Part shown: positions 47,820 through 56,140 of the stretch, in pieces
Layout of the letters: the number at the start of each line of letters is the position of its first letter
Numbering within the stretch: the stretch's first letter is position 1
Assembly: GCA_965242525.1 (NCBI GenBank)
Contig: OZ251459.1
Span: forward strand, 1,440,001-1,504,000
Origin: an uncultured Candidatus Binatia bacterium
GTDB taxonomy: Bacteria > Desulfobacterota > Binatia > UBA9968 > JAJDTQ01
DNA length: 64,000 bases
Direction: 5' to 3'
Program-made: the position numbers and the translations under genes
The notes under the pieces: model-generated
Seen by the model: only the letters and a program-made list of their open reading frames with translations
Databases searched by the model: none
What the model was told of the DNA's origin: nothing

Positions 47820-48917
47820 AGGTTCTCAGAATAGAAACCATTACAAGTTCGTATAACAAGTAGTGGGAGCATGGAAGAAGCTCCGTATCAAAGCAGGCAG
47901 TTGTTGCATCCGACGCAGGTGAGACATGGTCATGGCTCGCAAGGTTTCCCGGGATGTGATCCGCTTGCGCCCCAACGCCTGGTTCTTCAAGTTGTTCCAC
48001 ACCAGTTCGTCCGGGTTGAGTTCCGGCGAGTACGGCGGCAGGTAATGCAACTCGAGCATCCCTTCCTGTTCCTCCACGAAACGCCGCACCGACTTGGCCC
48101 GATGGACCGGGTGGCCGTCCACAATCAGGAAAATGGGAGAGGTCGCATTCACCATCAGGCGTCTGAGAAACCCGATGAACACCGGCGCCGTCACTCGCCC
48201 CGGAGTCACCATGAAGCGAAGATGCCCACGGGCGCTGATGGCAGAGATGAGGTTCGCCCCGAACCGCGCCCCCGTGCCCGACACCACCGGAGTATGCCCC
48301 CGAAGCCCCCAGGTCGTGCCCCAATGACTGTCCGAACGAACCCCCGCCTCGTCTCCGAAGAAGATCTGCGCCCCCACACGCTTCGCCCGGTCATGCAGCT
48401 TCGGGTATTCCTCCTCCCGCCAATGACGGGCCGCCTCCGGATCCTGTTGATAGGCACGCCAAACAGGACGCTGCACGCTCAATCCCATCTGCCCCAGCAA
48501 CCGGCACACCGTACTGTGACTCAGCCGCACACCCCATCGCCTGTCGATCAGCTCCTGCACCATCTTCGCCGTCCACAGCGCAAACGGAAACCGCAACTGC
48601 AACGGGTTCTTCTCCACCACCGTGTCATAAACCCATTTCAGCGCCCTCGCATCCAGCTTCGGAGGCCGCCCTCCTCGCTTGCGGGCGTCCAGCTTCCCCC
48701 ATCCCCCGCTGCGGTACAACGCCAACCAACGGAACACCGTGCGCAGGTTCACTCCCATGGCCGCCGCCACTTCTGTCGGCTTCGACCCCGCTTGCAGGCT
48801 CGCAATCCCGCGCCGGCGCAATTCCGTCAAGGTCCGATGATCCAGTTTTCGTCCGTCCGTGTTCATACCCGTTATCATACTATACTTCTGGTTCTATGGC
48901 AACTAAAATCGGACCCT
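47820..48917 (-). mobile_element. IS630-family insertion sequence with TA duplication
   Basis: Imperfect IRs AGGTTCTCAGAATAGAAACCAT vs AGGGTCCGATTTTAGTTGCCAT. TA at 47818-47819 and 48918-48919. Confidence 0.88.
47841..48878 (-). CDS. IS630 transposase
   Basis: N-terminal HTH, FGDEAG, IVDGHPVH, LPPYSPELNPDELVW. Single intact frame. Confidence 0.95.
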   Translation of the reverse strand: MITGMNTDGRKLDHRTLTELRRRGIASLQAGSKPTEVAAAMGVNLRTVFRWLALYRSGGWGKLDARKRGGRPPKLDARALKWVYDTVVEKNPLQLRFPFALWTAKMVQELIDRRWGVRLSHSTVCRLLGQMGLSVQRPVWRAYQQDPEAARHWREEEYPKLHDRAKRVGAQIFFGDEAGVRSDSHWGTTWGLRGHTPVVSGTGARFGANLISAISARGHLRFMVTPGRVTAPVFIGFLRRLMVNATSPIFLIVDGHPVHRAKSVRRFVEEQEGMLELHYLPPYSPELNPDELVWNNLKNQALGRKRITSRETLRAMTMSHLRRMQQLPALIRSFFHAPTTCYTNL

Positions 48918-49237
48918 TAATAAAAGATAGTTCAACTGCATCAAGGACTTTTTCCGTATCTGATTCTTGTATCAGATAGTTGAAAAGGTCTGTGACTTTA
49001 TTTTTATCGTAGTCCATTCCTGGATAATTAACCGGAAGACGAAGAATGCCGTACTCTCGACACAATGTATCAACAACGAACTCATATGTTTGCGTAGCAT
49101 GGTTTGCGTAAGGATATTTATCAAGTGGATCCCTCAAAATATGTACTATCTGAACTCTAAGCGGTTCCGGAATAGAATCATAGGAATAAACATCAGGCAC
49201 TTCACCTCGAAGTTTCTTCTGTCGTTTGGAAAAAAGG

Positions 49238-49477
49238 TCAAATATCGGCATCGCCCCTGACTCCCTTCCGTCCCTTTGGTTGCCCTGGTCTTTGCGAAAG
49301 CCACTCCGGACCCGGCTTCTCCCAGACCATCTTTCCGTTCTCGAACACGACCACCCTTCCACCGACCGCCGCGGCCTCACGGCGCGCACGTTCTCCTGCT
49401 CTCCGCAGCGCTGCCTCAACGCTCGTGAAGTCCGGGTCACCGAGCCGCTCAGGCGGTATCTCTTCATGGGTACTCAT
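49238..49477 (-). CDS. Small hypothetical protein, putative antitoxin
   Basis: 79 aa, ATGA-coupled to the zeta-like gene, EAALRRA..ARREA..VVFENGK. Confidence 0.6.
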   Translation of the reverse strand: MSTHEEIPPERLGDPDFTSVEAALRRAGERARREAAAVGGRVVVFENGKMVWEKPGPEWLSQRPGQPKGRKGVRGDADI

Positions 49478-50007
49478 CGTCTTCGACTCCCTTCAGCCAA
49501 CAGTATCGGGACGCGCCCTGAATTGTCATAGACCTTCCAGTCATCTACCAAGTCACGATACACGTTCTCGAAATTGAGCCACCCTTTGGAAAAACGCCGT
49601 ACAACCACGGATTCCGGTATGTCGTGCCCACCATGCAAAACCCGCTCTGCAACCCGGGAGATTGCCATGTCAGGCGTCGGCAACCGCAAGAAAACGACCC
49701 GTACCCGATACCCCTGATCCCGCCATCGGGGAATCAGCCTGGCGTAACCGCGTCCGCTCAACGTCGTTTCAAAGGCGAAGCTGTCTCCCCTTCTCGCGTG
49801 TTCGCGGATCTCCGCCAGCATCAGCCTGCCAGCCCGAACCATGACCGACTCCGGACGAAACGGGCTCAACCCCGCGGCGATGAGGTCCGCGTTGACGAAG
49901 ATCGGGCAGTCCGCCTCGTTCGGGAGATACTCCATGGCAAAGGTCGTCTTCCCCGCCCCGTTCGGGCCAGCGATGATCAGGATCTTCCTGGAGTCCGTTC
50001 CCGCCAT
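49474..50007 (-). CDS. Zeta-toxin-like P-loop kinase/ATPase
   Basis: IAGPNGAGKTT, FVNADLIA, FAFETTLSG, RV..GGHDIP, YDNS. Confidence 0.85.
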   Translation of the reverse strand: MAGTDSRKILIIAGPNGAGKTTFAMEYLPNEADCPIFVNADLIAAGLSPFRPESVMVRAGRLMLAEIREHARRGDSFAFETTLSGRGYARLIPRWRDQGYRVRVVFLRLPTPDMAISRVAERVLHGGHDIPESVVVRRFSKGWLNFENVYRDLVDDWKVYDNSGRVPILLAEGSRRR

Positions 50008-50068
50008 CAAGCCCCCCCTCAATATACCCCATCAGACCCGCCGCTTCGACCAGGAAGCACACGGGGAC

Positions 50069-50872
50069 CTACCCATCCTCGTACCGCGCCGCGTAGATCG
50101 TGAGCTTGGTCGCTTCCCCGACCTGCTCCAGGTCCGGCCGGCGGCCCGACAATTTCAGGCTGTCCCGCACCAGGTTCAGGAATCCCTCGCCCCGCGCTTC
50201 CATGAAGCTGCCGCCGGTGACCGTGCTCTTGTAGTCTCGCATGAAACCGGCCAGGAGTTGGTTGCGGCGGACGGGTTGGCAGCCGGCGTAAAGGTTCTCC
50301 ACGGTCAACGTGTTGTAGAGCGCGCCGGGGTTCTGGAACTCGATGCGGCCCGGAAACACGCGGATGAGGACCTGCGAGCCTCGAACCTCGTAGTCCCGGT
50401 GGACCACAGCGTTGACCACGGCCTCCTGGAGCGCCCGGTTGGCGTAGCTCGGATAGTCGTGGCGGCCGTCGTCCTCCTTCCTGGACACCGTCGGCGTCAG
50501 AGGCGACAGCATCAGGTACTTGGTCGCCTGCCTGATCTGTTCCGGCACAGGCCCGGTGATGCGTTCGCTGTCCGCGGAGTTGCCGTCCGGCGCGTCATGT
50601 CTGTAGGAAGCCATGTCGATGAAGGTGCCCGGGACGTACTGCTCGGGCTGATCGGCGAAGAGGAGGATTCCCAAGTGCGTCGGCGTCGGGCCGGAGTCGG
50701 TGACCGCGGCGAGCTTGTGAGCCGTCAGGACCGGGAGCCAATCGTCAGGCGGCGACCACTCCGGGAAACGGGCGCGGAAGTAGTGCTCCAGCCGGTCCCT
50801 TTTCAGGTCATCCAAGCCGCTGCCTATCACAGGCCGCTCCTCCAGCGGACCGAGCGGAGAACCCGGGATCAT
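50069..50872 (-). CDS. HATPase_c_4 (RecG-C-like) ATP-binding protein lacking the N-terminal AlbA_2 domain
   Basis: ALQEAVVNAVVHRDY, IEFQNPG, RRNQLL, EARGEG. Confidence 0.75.
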   Translation of the reverse strand: MIPGSPLGPLEERPVIGSGLDDLKRDRLEHYFRARFPEWSPPDDWLPVLTAHKLAAVTDSGPTPTHLGILLFADQPEQYVPGTFIDMASYRHDAPDGNSADSERITGPVPEQIRQATKYLMLSPLTPTVSRKEDDGRHDYPSYANRALQEAVVNAVVHRDYEVRGSQVLIRVFPGRIEFQNPGALYNTLTVENLYAGCQPVRRNQLLAGFMRDYKSTVTGGSFMEARGEGFLNLVRDSLKLSGRRPDLEQVGEATKLTIYAARYEDG

Positions 50873-51330
50873 TGCAAAAGCTCTTCCATCTTCCGAGCGA
50901 ACTTCCTGGCGTTGTCGAAATACTCCGTAATTCGCCCAACGCTGATGTTTGCGAAGCGTCCATGGGCAATCCGGTTCCGAAGTCCTACGATACTGTTCAC
51001 GCTCTCGCTGATGTTCTCGTCAACGAAATCGCGGAGATCATCAGCGATGTCGCTGTCGAGTCTTTGCACCAGATTCAGTATGTTGTCCATACTCGGGTTC
51101 GGAAACCGATCCAGGCTTCGGCTCACAAAGTTGACAACCTTCGGATTCGCCCGCTTTCTCGTATATTCCAGCACTGCGCCTCGACACATGGCTTCCAGGT
51201 AGCCCGAAGCCCATATCGTCATGAGCTGGGCAAGCCACACTTTATTTTCCTCCGACAGTTGCGGGGAAGCAGCATCATTGCGCGCGGAATCGATAGCCGT
51301 TTCCAAGCGCCTGCTGTCCTGAAAACTCAT
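50869..51330 (-). CDS. HEPN domain protein (RiboL-PSP/MAE_28990-like)
   Basis: RNRIAHG RxxxxH motif, ASGYLE. ATGA-coupled to DUF262. Confidence 0.8.
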   Translation of the reverse strand: MSFQDSRRLETAIDSARNDAASPQLSEENKVWLAQLMTIWASGYLEAMCRGAVLEYTRKRANPKVVNFVSRSLDRFPNPSMDNILNLVQRLDSDIADDLRDFVDENISESVNSIVGLRNRIAHGRFANISVGRITEYFDNARKFARKMEELLQ

Positions 51331-52433
51331 TCGACCGCCTCATATTCGGCGCGGGCAAGCTCGATCCGTCTGTTGACTCGTTCCTTGCTGGTAGTCCCGG
51401 TGGTGTACAATTCTTCCTTCCTCAGACCTTCCAACAACCGCTCATGCGCAACCCGTAAACCTTCCCGATCTTGGATCGGGCCGGATTCCAGACGGTGAGC
51501 GAGCCCTACCAGCACTGCCTCGGCGACGGAAACATTGAGGTTTCTCTCGGGGCGAAAGGCTTTCGGTCCGAGAATCCTGGCCGCCGTTGTGATGGTGTTC
51601 TCGAATCCTTGACGAAACCGACCTATCAGCTCATCATCCATGTTCTTGTGATCTTCCATGAATTCATTCAGAAATTGCTTCATCGGGCGCTTATACTTCT
51701 CTTGTGCATGATAGAGTGCAAAGAAGCGCAAAAGGATCTCTTCGTCCTTCTTTCTCTCACTACTCAGGCCATATATCTTCTTCCAATTGGGGTTATCCGC
51801 AAGTTCCGATAGGAGGTCGTTGAAGTTTCCCAGGTACACACAAGCACGGATTTCTTGAGGTTGCAGCGGAGTTCCGCCGGTATTCAAGCGCTCGAAGATG
51901 GAGTAAACGGAACCTCGGTTGTCGTCTGGTTTATCTTGTCGGAAGATGGTTGCATGCAGCAAGAATTCGTTGAATTCGCGCTGATCGTCATAGGTCAGGT
52001 CCTTGTAGGTTTTCCCCTGGAATTCTCCCGATACGCCGACCAGACGGAACTCGCGTCCACGAAGGATGCCTTCGCGAAAACATTGCAAGGTTCGCAGGCG
52101 TTGTTGGCCGTCCACGACCATGAGTCTCCCCGAATCGGGTTCCCGGAAGAGGAAGATTTCCGGCACCGGAAGTCCGATCAGCAAAGATTCGATGAACCGG
52201 GACGCCTGCGCCTGCGTCCATACGAATTGCCGTTGAAACGGAGGAATGAAGATGTCTTCCCGGTCGAGACGCTCCACCAACTTCTCGACCGGCATGTCGG
52301 CCCCGTAGCTCGTTATGGAGTAGCGGACGATCCCTTCAAGCTCTTCATCGCCATCCTGTGGATCTTCGATCCCGCCTTCCGGGAGTCCGTCTTCCAGAAC
52401 CGCTGTCCCATCTTTCTGCTCGTACTGTTTCAT
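51327..52433 (-). CDS. DUF262 (ParB/GmrS-like) protein
   Basis: FQRQFVW, FIESLL, VDGQQRL, IFERLNTGG. Start trimmed to MKQYE. Confidence 0.88.
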   Translation of the reverse strand: MKQYEQKDGTAVLEDGLPEGGIEDPQDGDEELEGIVRYSITSYGADMPVEKLVERLDREDIFIPPFQRQFVWTQAQASRFIESLLIGLPVPEIFLFREPDSGRLMVVDGQQRLRTLQCFREGILRGREFRLVGVSGEFQGKTYKDLTYDDQREFNEFLLHATIFRQDKPDDNRGSVYSIFERLNTGGTPLQPQEIRACVYLGNFNDLLSELADNPNWKKIYGLSSERKKDEEILLRFFALYHAQEKYKRPMKQFLNEFMEDHKNMDDELIGRFRQGFENTITTAARILGPKAFRPERNLNVSVAEAVLVGLAHRLESGPIQDREGLRVAHERLLEGLRKEELYTTGTTSKERVNRRIELARAEYEAVE

Positions 52434-52588
52434 GTCGTCCCTCGTCTTCCAGAACCGTTCCGGCGCCTTGCCACGGTCGTCGGGGAACGGCCGCTCCTGG
52501 CAACTCCACCGCGTCAGTCGAATCGCCATGCTCTCCGGTCGGAAGTTTAACGAAGGGGTCCCGCACATGCAACGAACGGTCTCCCCTT

Positions 52589-55500
52589 TCACCCGCGCTC
52601 CGCGGCCTCCGCGAGGGCCTTGGCGGAGATGGCGTAGGTTGCGGAGTCGCGGCGGGAGGCCAGGAGTTTGGCGAAGGGGTCCTGCACCCGCAGCAGCCTG
52701 GGCGCGGGGGTGGCGCAGTCGAGGACCACGTAGAGCCAGTAGCGGGCGTTCAGGTGGCACGCCTGCTTCCACTCGTTGACCTCCATCCGGATGTTGCCCT
52801 GCCCCGCCCGGCCCTTGACTTCGACGTTCCGCACCTCGCCGTCGGGACGGGTGGAGAGCAGGTCGAAGCCGGGCCAGTCGGGCAGGCCGGCTCCGCGGGC
52901 GAGCTCGGGGCGGGAGACGTCGCGCACTTCCGCGCCGTGTTCGCGCTCCCAGGCCAGGGCGATGCCCACCGCGACCTCCTCCACCCGGGCGTCGTGGCGT
53001 TCGGTCTCCCCGGCGTCGTCCGCGGGCACCACCAGGGCGTGAGCAAGGAAGCGCACGCCGCCGGGGACGATGCGGCCGGGGTCGGCGTCGAGCCCGGCGA
53101 GGGCGCGCTCTTTCTCCGCGGCGAGGGTCCGCTGCTCTTGTCGGACCTCGTCCATGGCGTCGCCCGATTCCCCCGCGGCGCCCAGTTTCGTGCGGTGCTG
53201 GGCCAACGCCGCGGCGCGCAGGTCGAACCCGACCCCGGTCCGGCGGCGCTGGTCCGGCAGGCGGGCGCGCGCCGCGTCCCTGTGCCCGGCCACCAGCCGT
53301 TGCAGCACCTGCCCCTCTGCGAAGTCCGCGGCTTCGGTCCTCATGTGGATGGCGCGAGCCGCCAGCGGCACCGCGCCGGGAAAGACCTGCGGCGCCCCGC
53401 CCAGCAACAGCAGTCGCTCCACCGGGCACTCGGCCACGCCGTCCGGGTCCTGGCGCAACCCCAGCAGCCGCCGTTCGACGATTTGGCGTTCACGGGGCTC
53501 GGCCGGTCCCTCGGGCCGGCCAGGGGCTTCCGTCCGCCCGTCGGTTCCGTCCGAGGCGCCGAGGCGTAGTCCGACCCCCGGTCCGCCCGCGGCTTTCGTC
53601 CGTCCGTCGGCCTGGTCCAGAGGCTCGGCCCCAACGTCGGTTCGGCCCGCGTCCTCCGCCTCGAACAACTCCGGCTGTTGCGGCGCGTCCGGCGCAGGCT
53701 CCGGCTCCCGTTCGACCGAGGTTTCGGCCAAGTGGAAGAAGTAGGGGGCGTCGGCCCTGGGGTCCGTGAAGATGGCGCCGCGCAAGGCGTCGCGGCCGAA
53801 CCTCGTCAGCACCAAGTCGGAAAGCGCATCGAACACGGGCTCCCCCGGGTGCAGCCAGATGCAGGGGGCGTCGGACTCGATGGCCGACCCCCGCATGGTC
53901 TCGGGGCGGCGCGCGCACAGGCGCTCCCGGGCCGGCGCCGGGTAGCTTTCGAGTGCGGCAAGGAGCGGGTCCGGAGCGCCTGCATGGCCGGGGACCAGGG
54001 AGAAGAAGCCGTCCAGGTCGCCGCGCACCTCCAGGCCGAACATGTCCGCGGCCTTTTCCACGAAGCGCCGCACGTAGCCGGGCAGGAGTCGCAGGTAGCT
54101 TTCGTGCTCCATCTCGTCCCGGAGCTCGTCGAGGCGCTCGGCCACCTCTCCCCGAGCGCCGTACACCTGCCGTTCCCGCTCGTCCAGGCCGCGCACCCGC
54201 TCCGGGGTGAGGGCGCTCTCGATGCGCTCCACCACGCGCCGCTCGCCCTCGTCCGTAAGCGCTTCGATCATGTACTCCCGCAACGAGACGTTCTCGAACA
54301 GGCGTCCCACCACGTCGAACACCTTGTCGGACCGGAGTTCCGCGCGGATGGCGTCGAGCTTTTCGAGCAGCACTTGCAGCACCCGCCCCTCGTGGGCGCC
54401 GCCCGCCACCAGGTTGACGATGCGCACGTCGTGCTTCTGGCCGTAGCGATGGATGCGGCCCATGCGCTGCTCGAGCCGCGCCGGGTTCCAGGGGGCGTCG
54501 TAGTTCACCATCAGGCGGCAGAACTGGAGGTTGATGCCCTCCCCCGCGGCGTCGGTGGCCACCAGGTAGCGGGCGCCGTCCGGGCGTCGGAAGCGCTCCA
54601 CCTGGGCCTCGCGCTCGGGCCAAGCCATGCCGCCGTGGATCTGCGCGAGCTTCCCGGAGAAGCCGATCCCCTCCAGGCGGCGGACCAGGTAGTCCAGGGT
54701 GTCCCGGTGCTCGGTGAAGACCAGCCACTTCTCGCCTGCCTGGCGCGGGTCTTCGAGCACCTCGCGCAGCTTCTCGAACTTGGATTCGCGGCCCGATTCG
54801 TGGAGCCGGCGCGCCCGCGCGCCCAAGGCCCGGAGCTGGTGGATCTCCTGCCGCAACTCCTCGACCGTGACCGCGACCAGCGCCCCGAGCACCGCGTCTT
54901 CGTATTCCTCGTTCCTCTCGCCGCGGTCGTCCAGGGCGTCCTCGTCGGCGCCGTAGGTGTCGAAGAAATCGCTCCGGTGCCGGCCGTCGAGCCCGCTCTG
55001 CCGGCGCTGCAACTCCGCCGCGTCCACGCGCCCGGACTGCAAGTCCTCGATGGCGCGCTGGAGCTTCTCGACCCGGCGTTCGAACGAGCGCCACAGGGCC
55101 CAGGTGGAGCTGGCCAGCCGCCGCTGGAACACGCTCATGGCCAGCCGCACCGCGGGGCGGTCGTCCAGGGCGCGTCCGTAGGCCCGGCGGAGGTAGGCGG
55201 TGGTCTCGTCGTAGAGGGCCTGTTCGCCGTCCGGGCCGGGGCTCAGGTCGTAGCTGAATGTGTCGCACGCGCGCCGCGGGTAGAGGGGCCTTCCGTCCAG
55301 GCCCACCATCTCTTCCTTGGTGCGGCGGATGAAGTGCCGCCGGCGCTCCTCCCGCGGGAAGCGGCGGAGGGCCTCGTCGGTGGAGAAGACCCGGGCGTCC
55401 AGCAGCCGCCAGAGATGGCGCCACGGCGAGTCCTTGCCCATGTGCGGAGTGGCGGTGAGCAGCAGCAGGTGCCGCGCCGCCCAGCCCAGGCCGGCGAACC

Positions 55501-56140
55501 GGCTCGAGGGAGAGGCGCAGCCGGCCAGCGCTTCCGCCAACTCGTAGCGCCGGGTCTTGCGCACCCGGTGTTCGTCGGCCTCGGCCGCCAGCTTGTGGGC
55601 CTCGTCGAAGACCGCGAGGTCGTAGGGCGGCGTGCCGGCCTCGCGCAGCGCCTCGAACGTCCGCTCGCCGGTGAGGGTGTCCAGGGACACGATCACCCGG
55701 TCGCTCCCCGGCCCCCGGAACGGGACGCCGGTCCGCGCGTCGGCGCCGGTGACGATGCGGAACGACAGGCGGAACAGGGTGCGGAGCTCCCGCTCCCAGT
55801 TCCCCACCAGGCCCGCGGGCGGGACCACCAGCACCCGGCGGATGCGTCCCCGCGACAGCATCTCGCGCACGTACAGGCCGGTCATGACGGTCTTCCCGGC
55901 CCCGGCGTCGTCGGCCAGCAGGAAGCGCAGCGGGTCCTGGTCGAGCATCCGTTCGTAAACCGCGATGCGCTGGTGCGGCAGCAGGTCGATGCGCGAGGTC
56001 TCGCTGGCGAACGCGGGGTTGAACTGGTGCCCGTGGGCCAGCCGCAATGCCTCCGCCACCGCGGAGAACGCAGCCGGGGCGCTGGCGAAATCCAGGGCCG
56101 GCGGGGCCGAAGGGACGGTGGACGCAGGGCGGGGGGTCAC
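52589..56140 (-). CDS. SNF2-family helicase with C-terminal DUF3883 nuclease-like domain
   Basis: LLADDAGAGKT, DEAH, LTATPH, TDAAGEGINLQ, EQRMGRIHRYGQ, GFDLLS..VEVKG. Confidence 0.92.
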   Translation of the reverse strand: MTPRPASTVPSAPPALDFASAPAAFSAVAEALRLAHGHQFNPAFASETSRIDLLPHQRIAVYERMLDQDPLRFLLADDAGAGKTVMTGLYVREMLSRGRIRRVLVVPPAGLVGNWERELRTLFRLSFRIVTGADARTGVPFRGPGSDRVIVSLDTLTGERTFEALREAGTPPYDLAVFDEAHKLAAEADEHRVRKTRRYELAEALAGCASPSSRFAGLGWAARHLLLLTATPHMGKDSPWRHLWRLLDARVFSTDEALRRFPREERRRHFIRRTKEEMVGLDGRPLYPRRACDTFSYDLSPGPDGEQALYDETTAYLRRAYGRALDDRPAVRLAMSVFQRRLASSTWALWRSFERRVEKLQRAIEDLQSGRVDAAELQRRQSGLDGRHRSDFFDTYGADEDALDDRGERNEEYEDAVLGALVAVTVEELRQEIHQLRALGARARRLHESGRESKFEKLREVLEDPRQAGEKWLVFTEHRDTLDYLVRRLEGIGFSGKLAQIHGGMAWPEREAQVERFRRPDGARYLVATDAAGEGINLQFCRLMVNYDAPWNPARLEQRMGRIHRYGQKHDVRIVNLVAGGAHEGRVLQVLLEKLDAIRAELRSDKVFDVVGRLFENVSLREYMIEALTDEGERRVVERIESALTPERVRGLDERERQVYGARGEVAERLDELRDEMEHESYLRLLPGYVRRFVEKAADMFGLEVRGDLDGFFSLVPGHAGAPDPLLAALESYPAPARERLCARRPETMRGSAIESDAPCIWLHPGEPVFDALSDLVLTRFGRDALRGAIFTDPRADAPYFFHLAETSVEREPEPAPDAPQQPELFEAEDAGRTDVGAEPLDQADGRTKAAGGPGVGLRLGASDGTDGRTEAPGRPEGPAEPRERQIVERRLLGLRQDPDGVAECPVERLLLLGGAPQVFPGAVPLAARAIHMRTEAADFAEGQVLQRLVAGHRDAARARLPDQRRRTGVGFDLRAAALAQHRTKLGAAGESGDAMDEVRQEQRTLAAEKERALAGLDADPGRIVPGGVRFLAHALVVPADDAGETERHDARVEEVAVGIALAWEREHGAEVRDVSRPELARGAGLPDWPGFDLLSTRPDGEVRNVEVKGRAGQGNIRMEVNEWKQACHLNARYWLYVVLDCATPAPRLLRVQDPFAKLLASRRDSATYAISAKALAEAAERG

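Larger units (their letters stand above)
47252..49251 (-). pseudogene. STM4504/AbiJ-like HEPN protein split by IS630
   Basis: N-part MPIFDLFSKRQK..LRVQIVHI. C-part AFESVMK..RNKLGGHG. Removing the IS restores ..VELSFINKLSD.. (299 aa). Confidence 0.8.
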
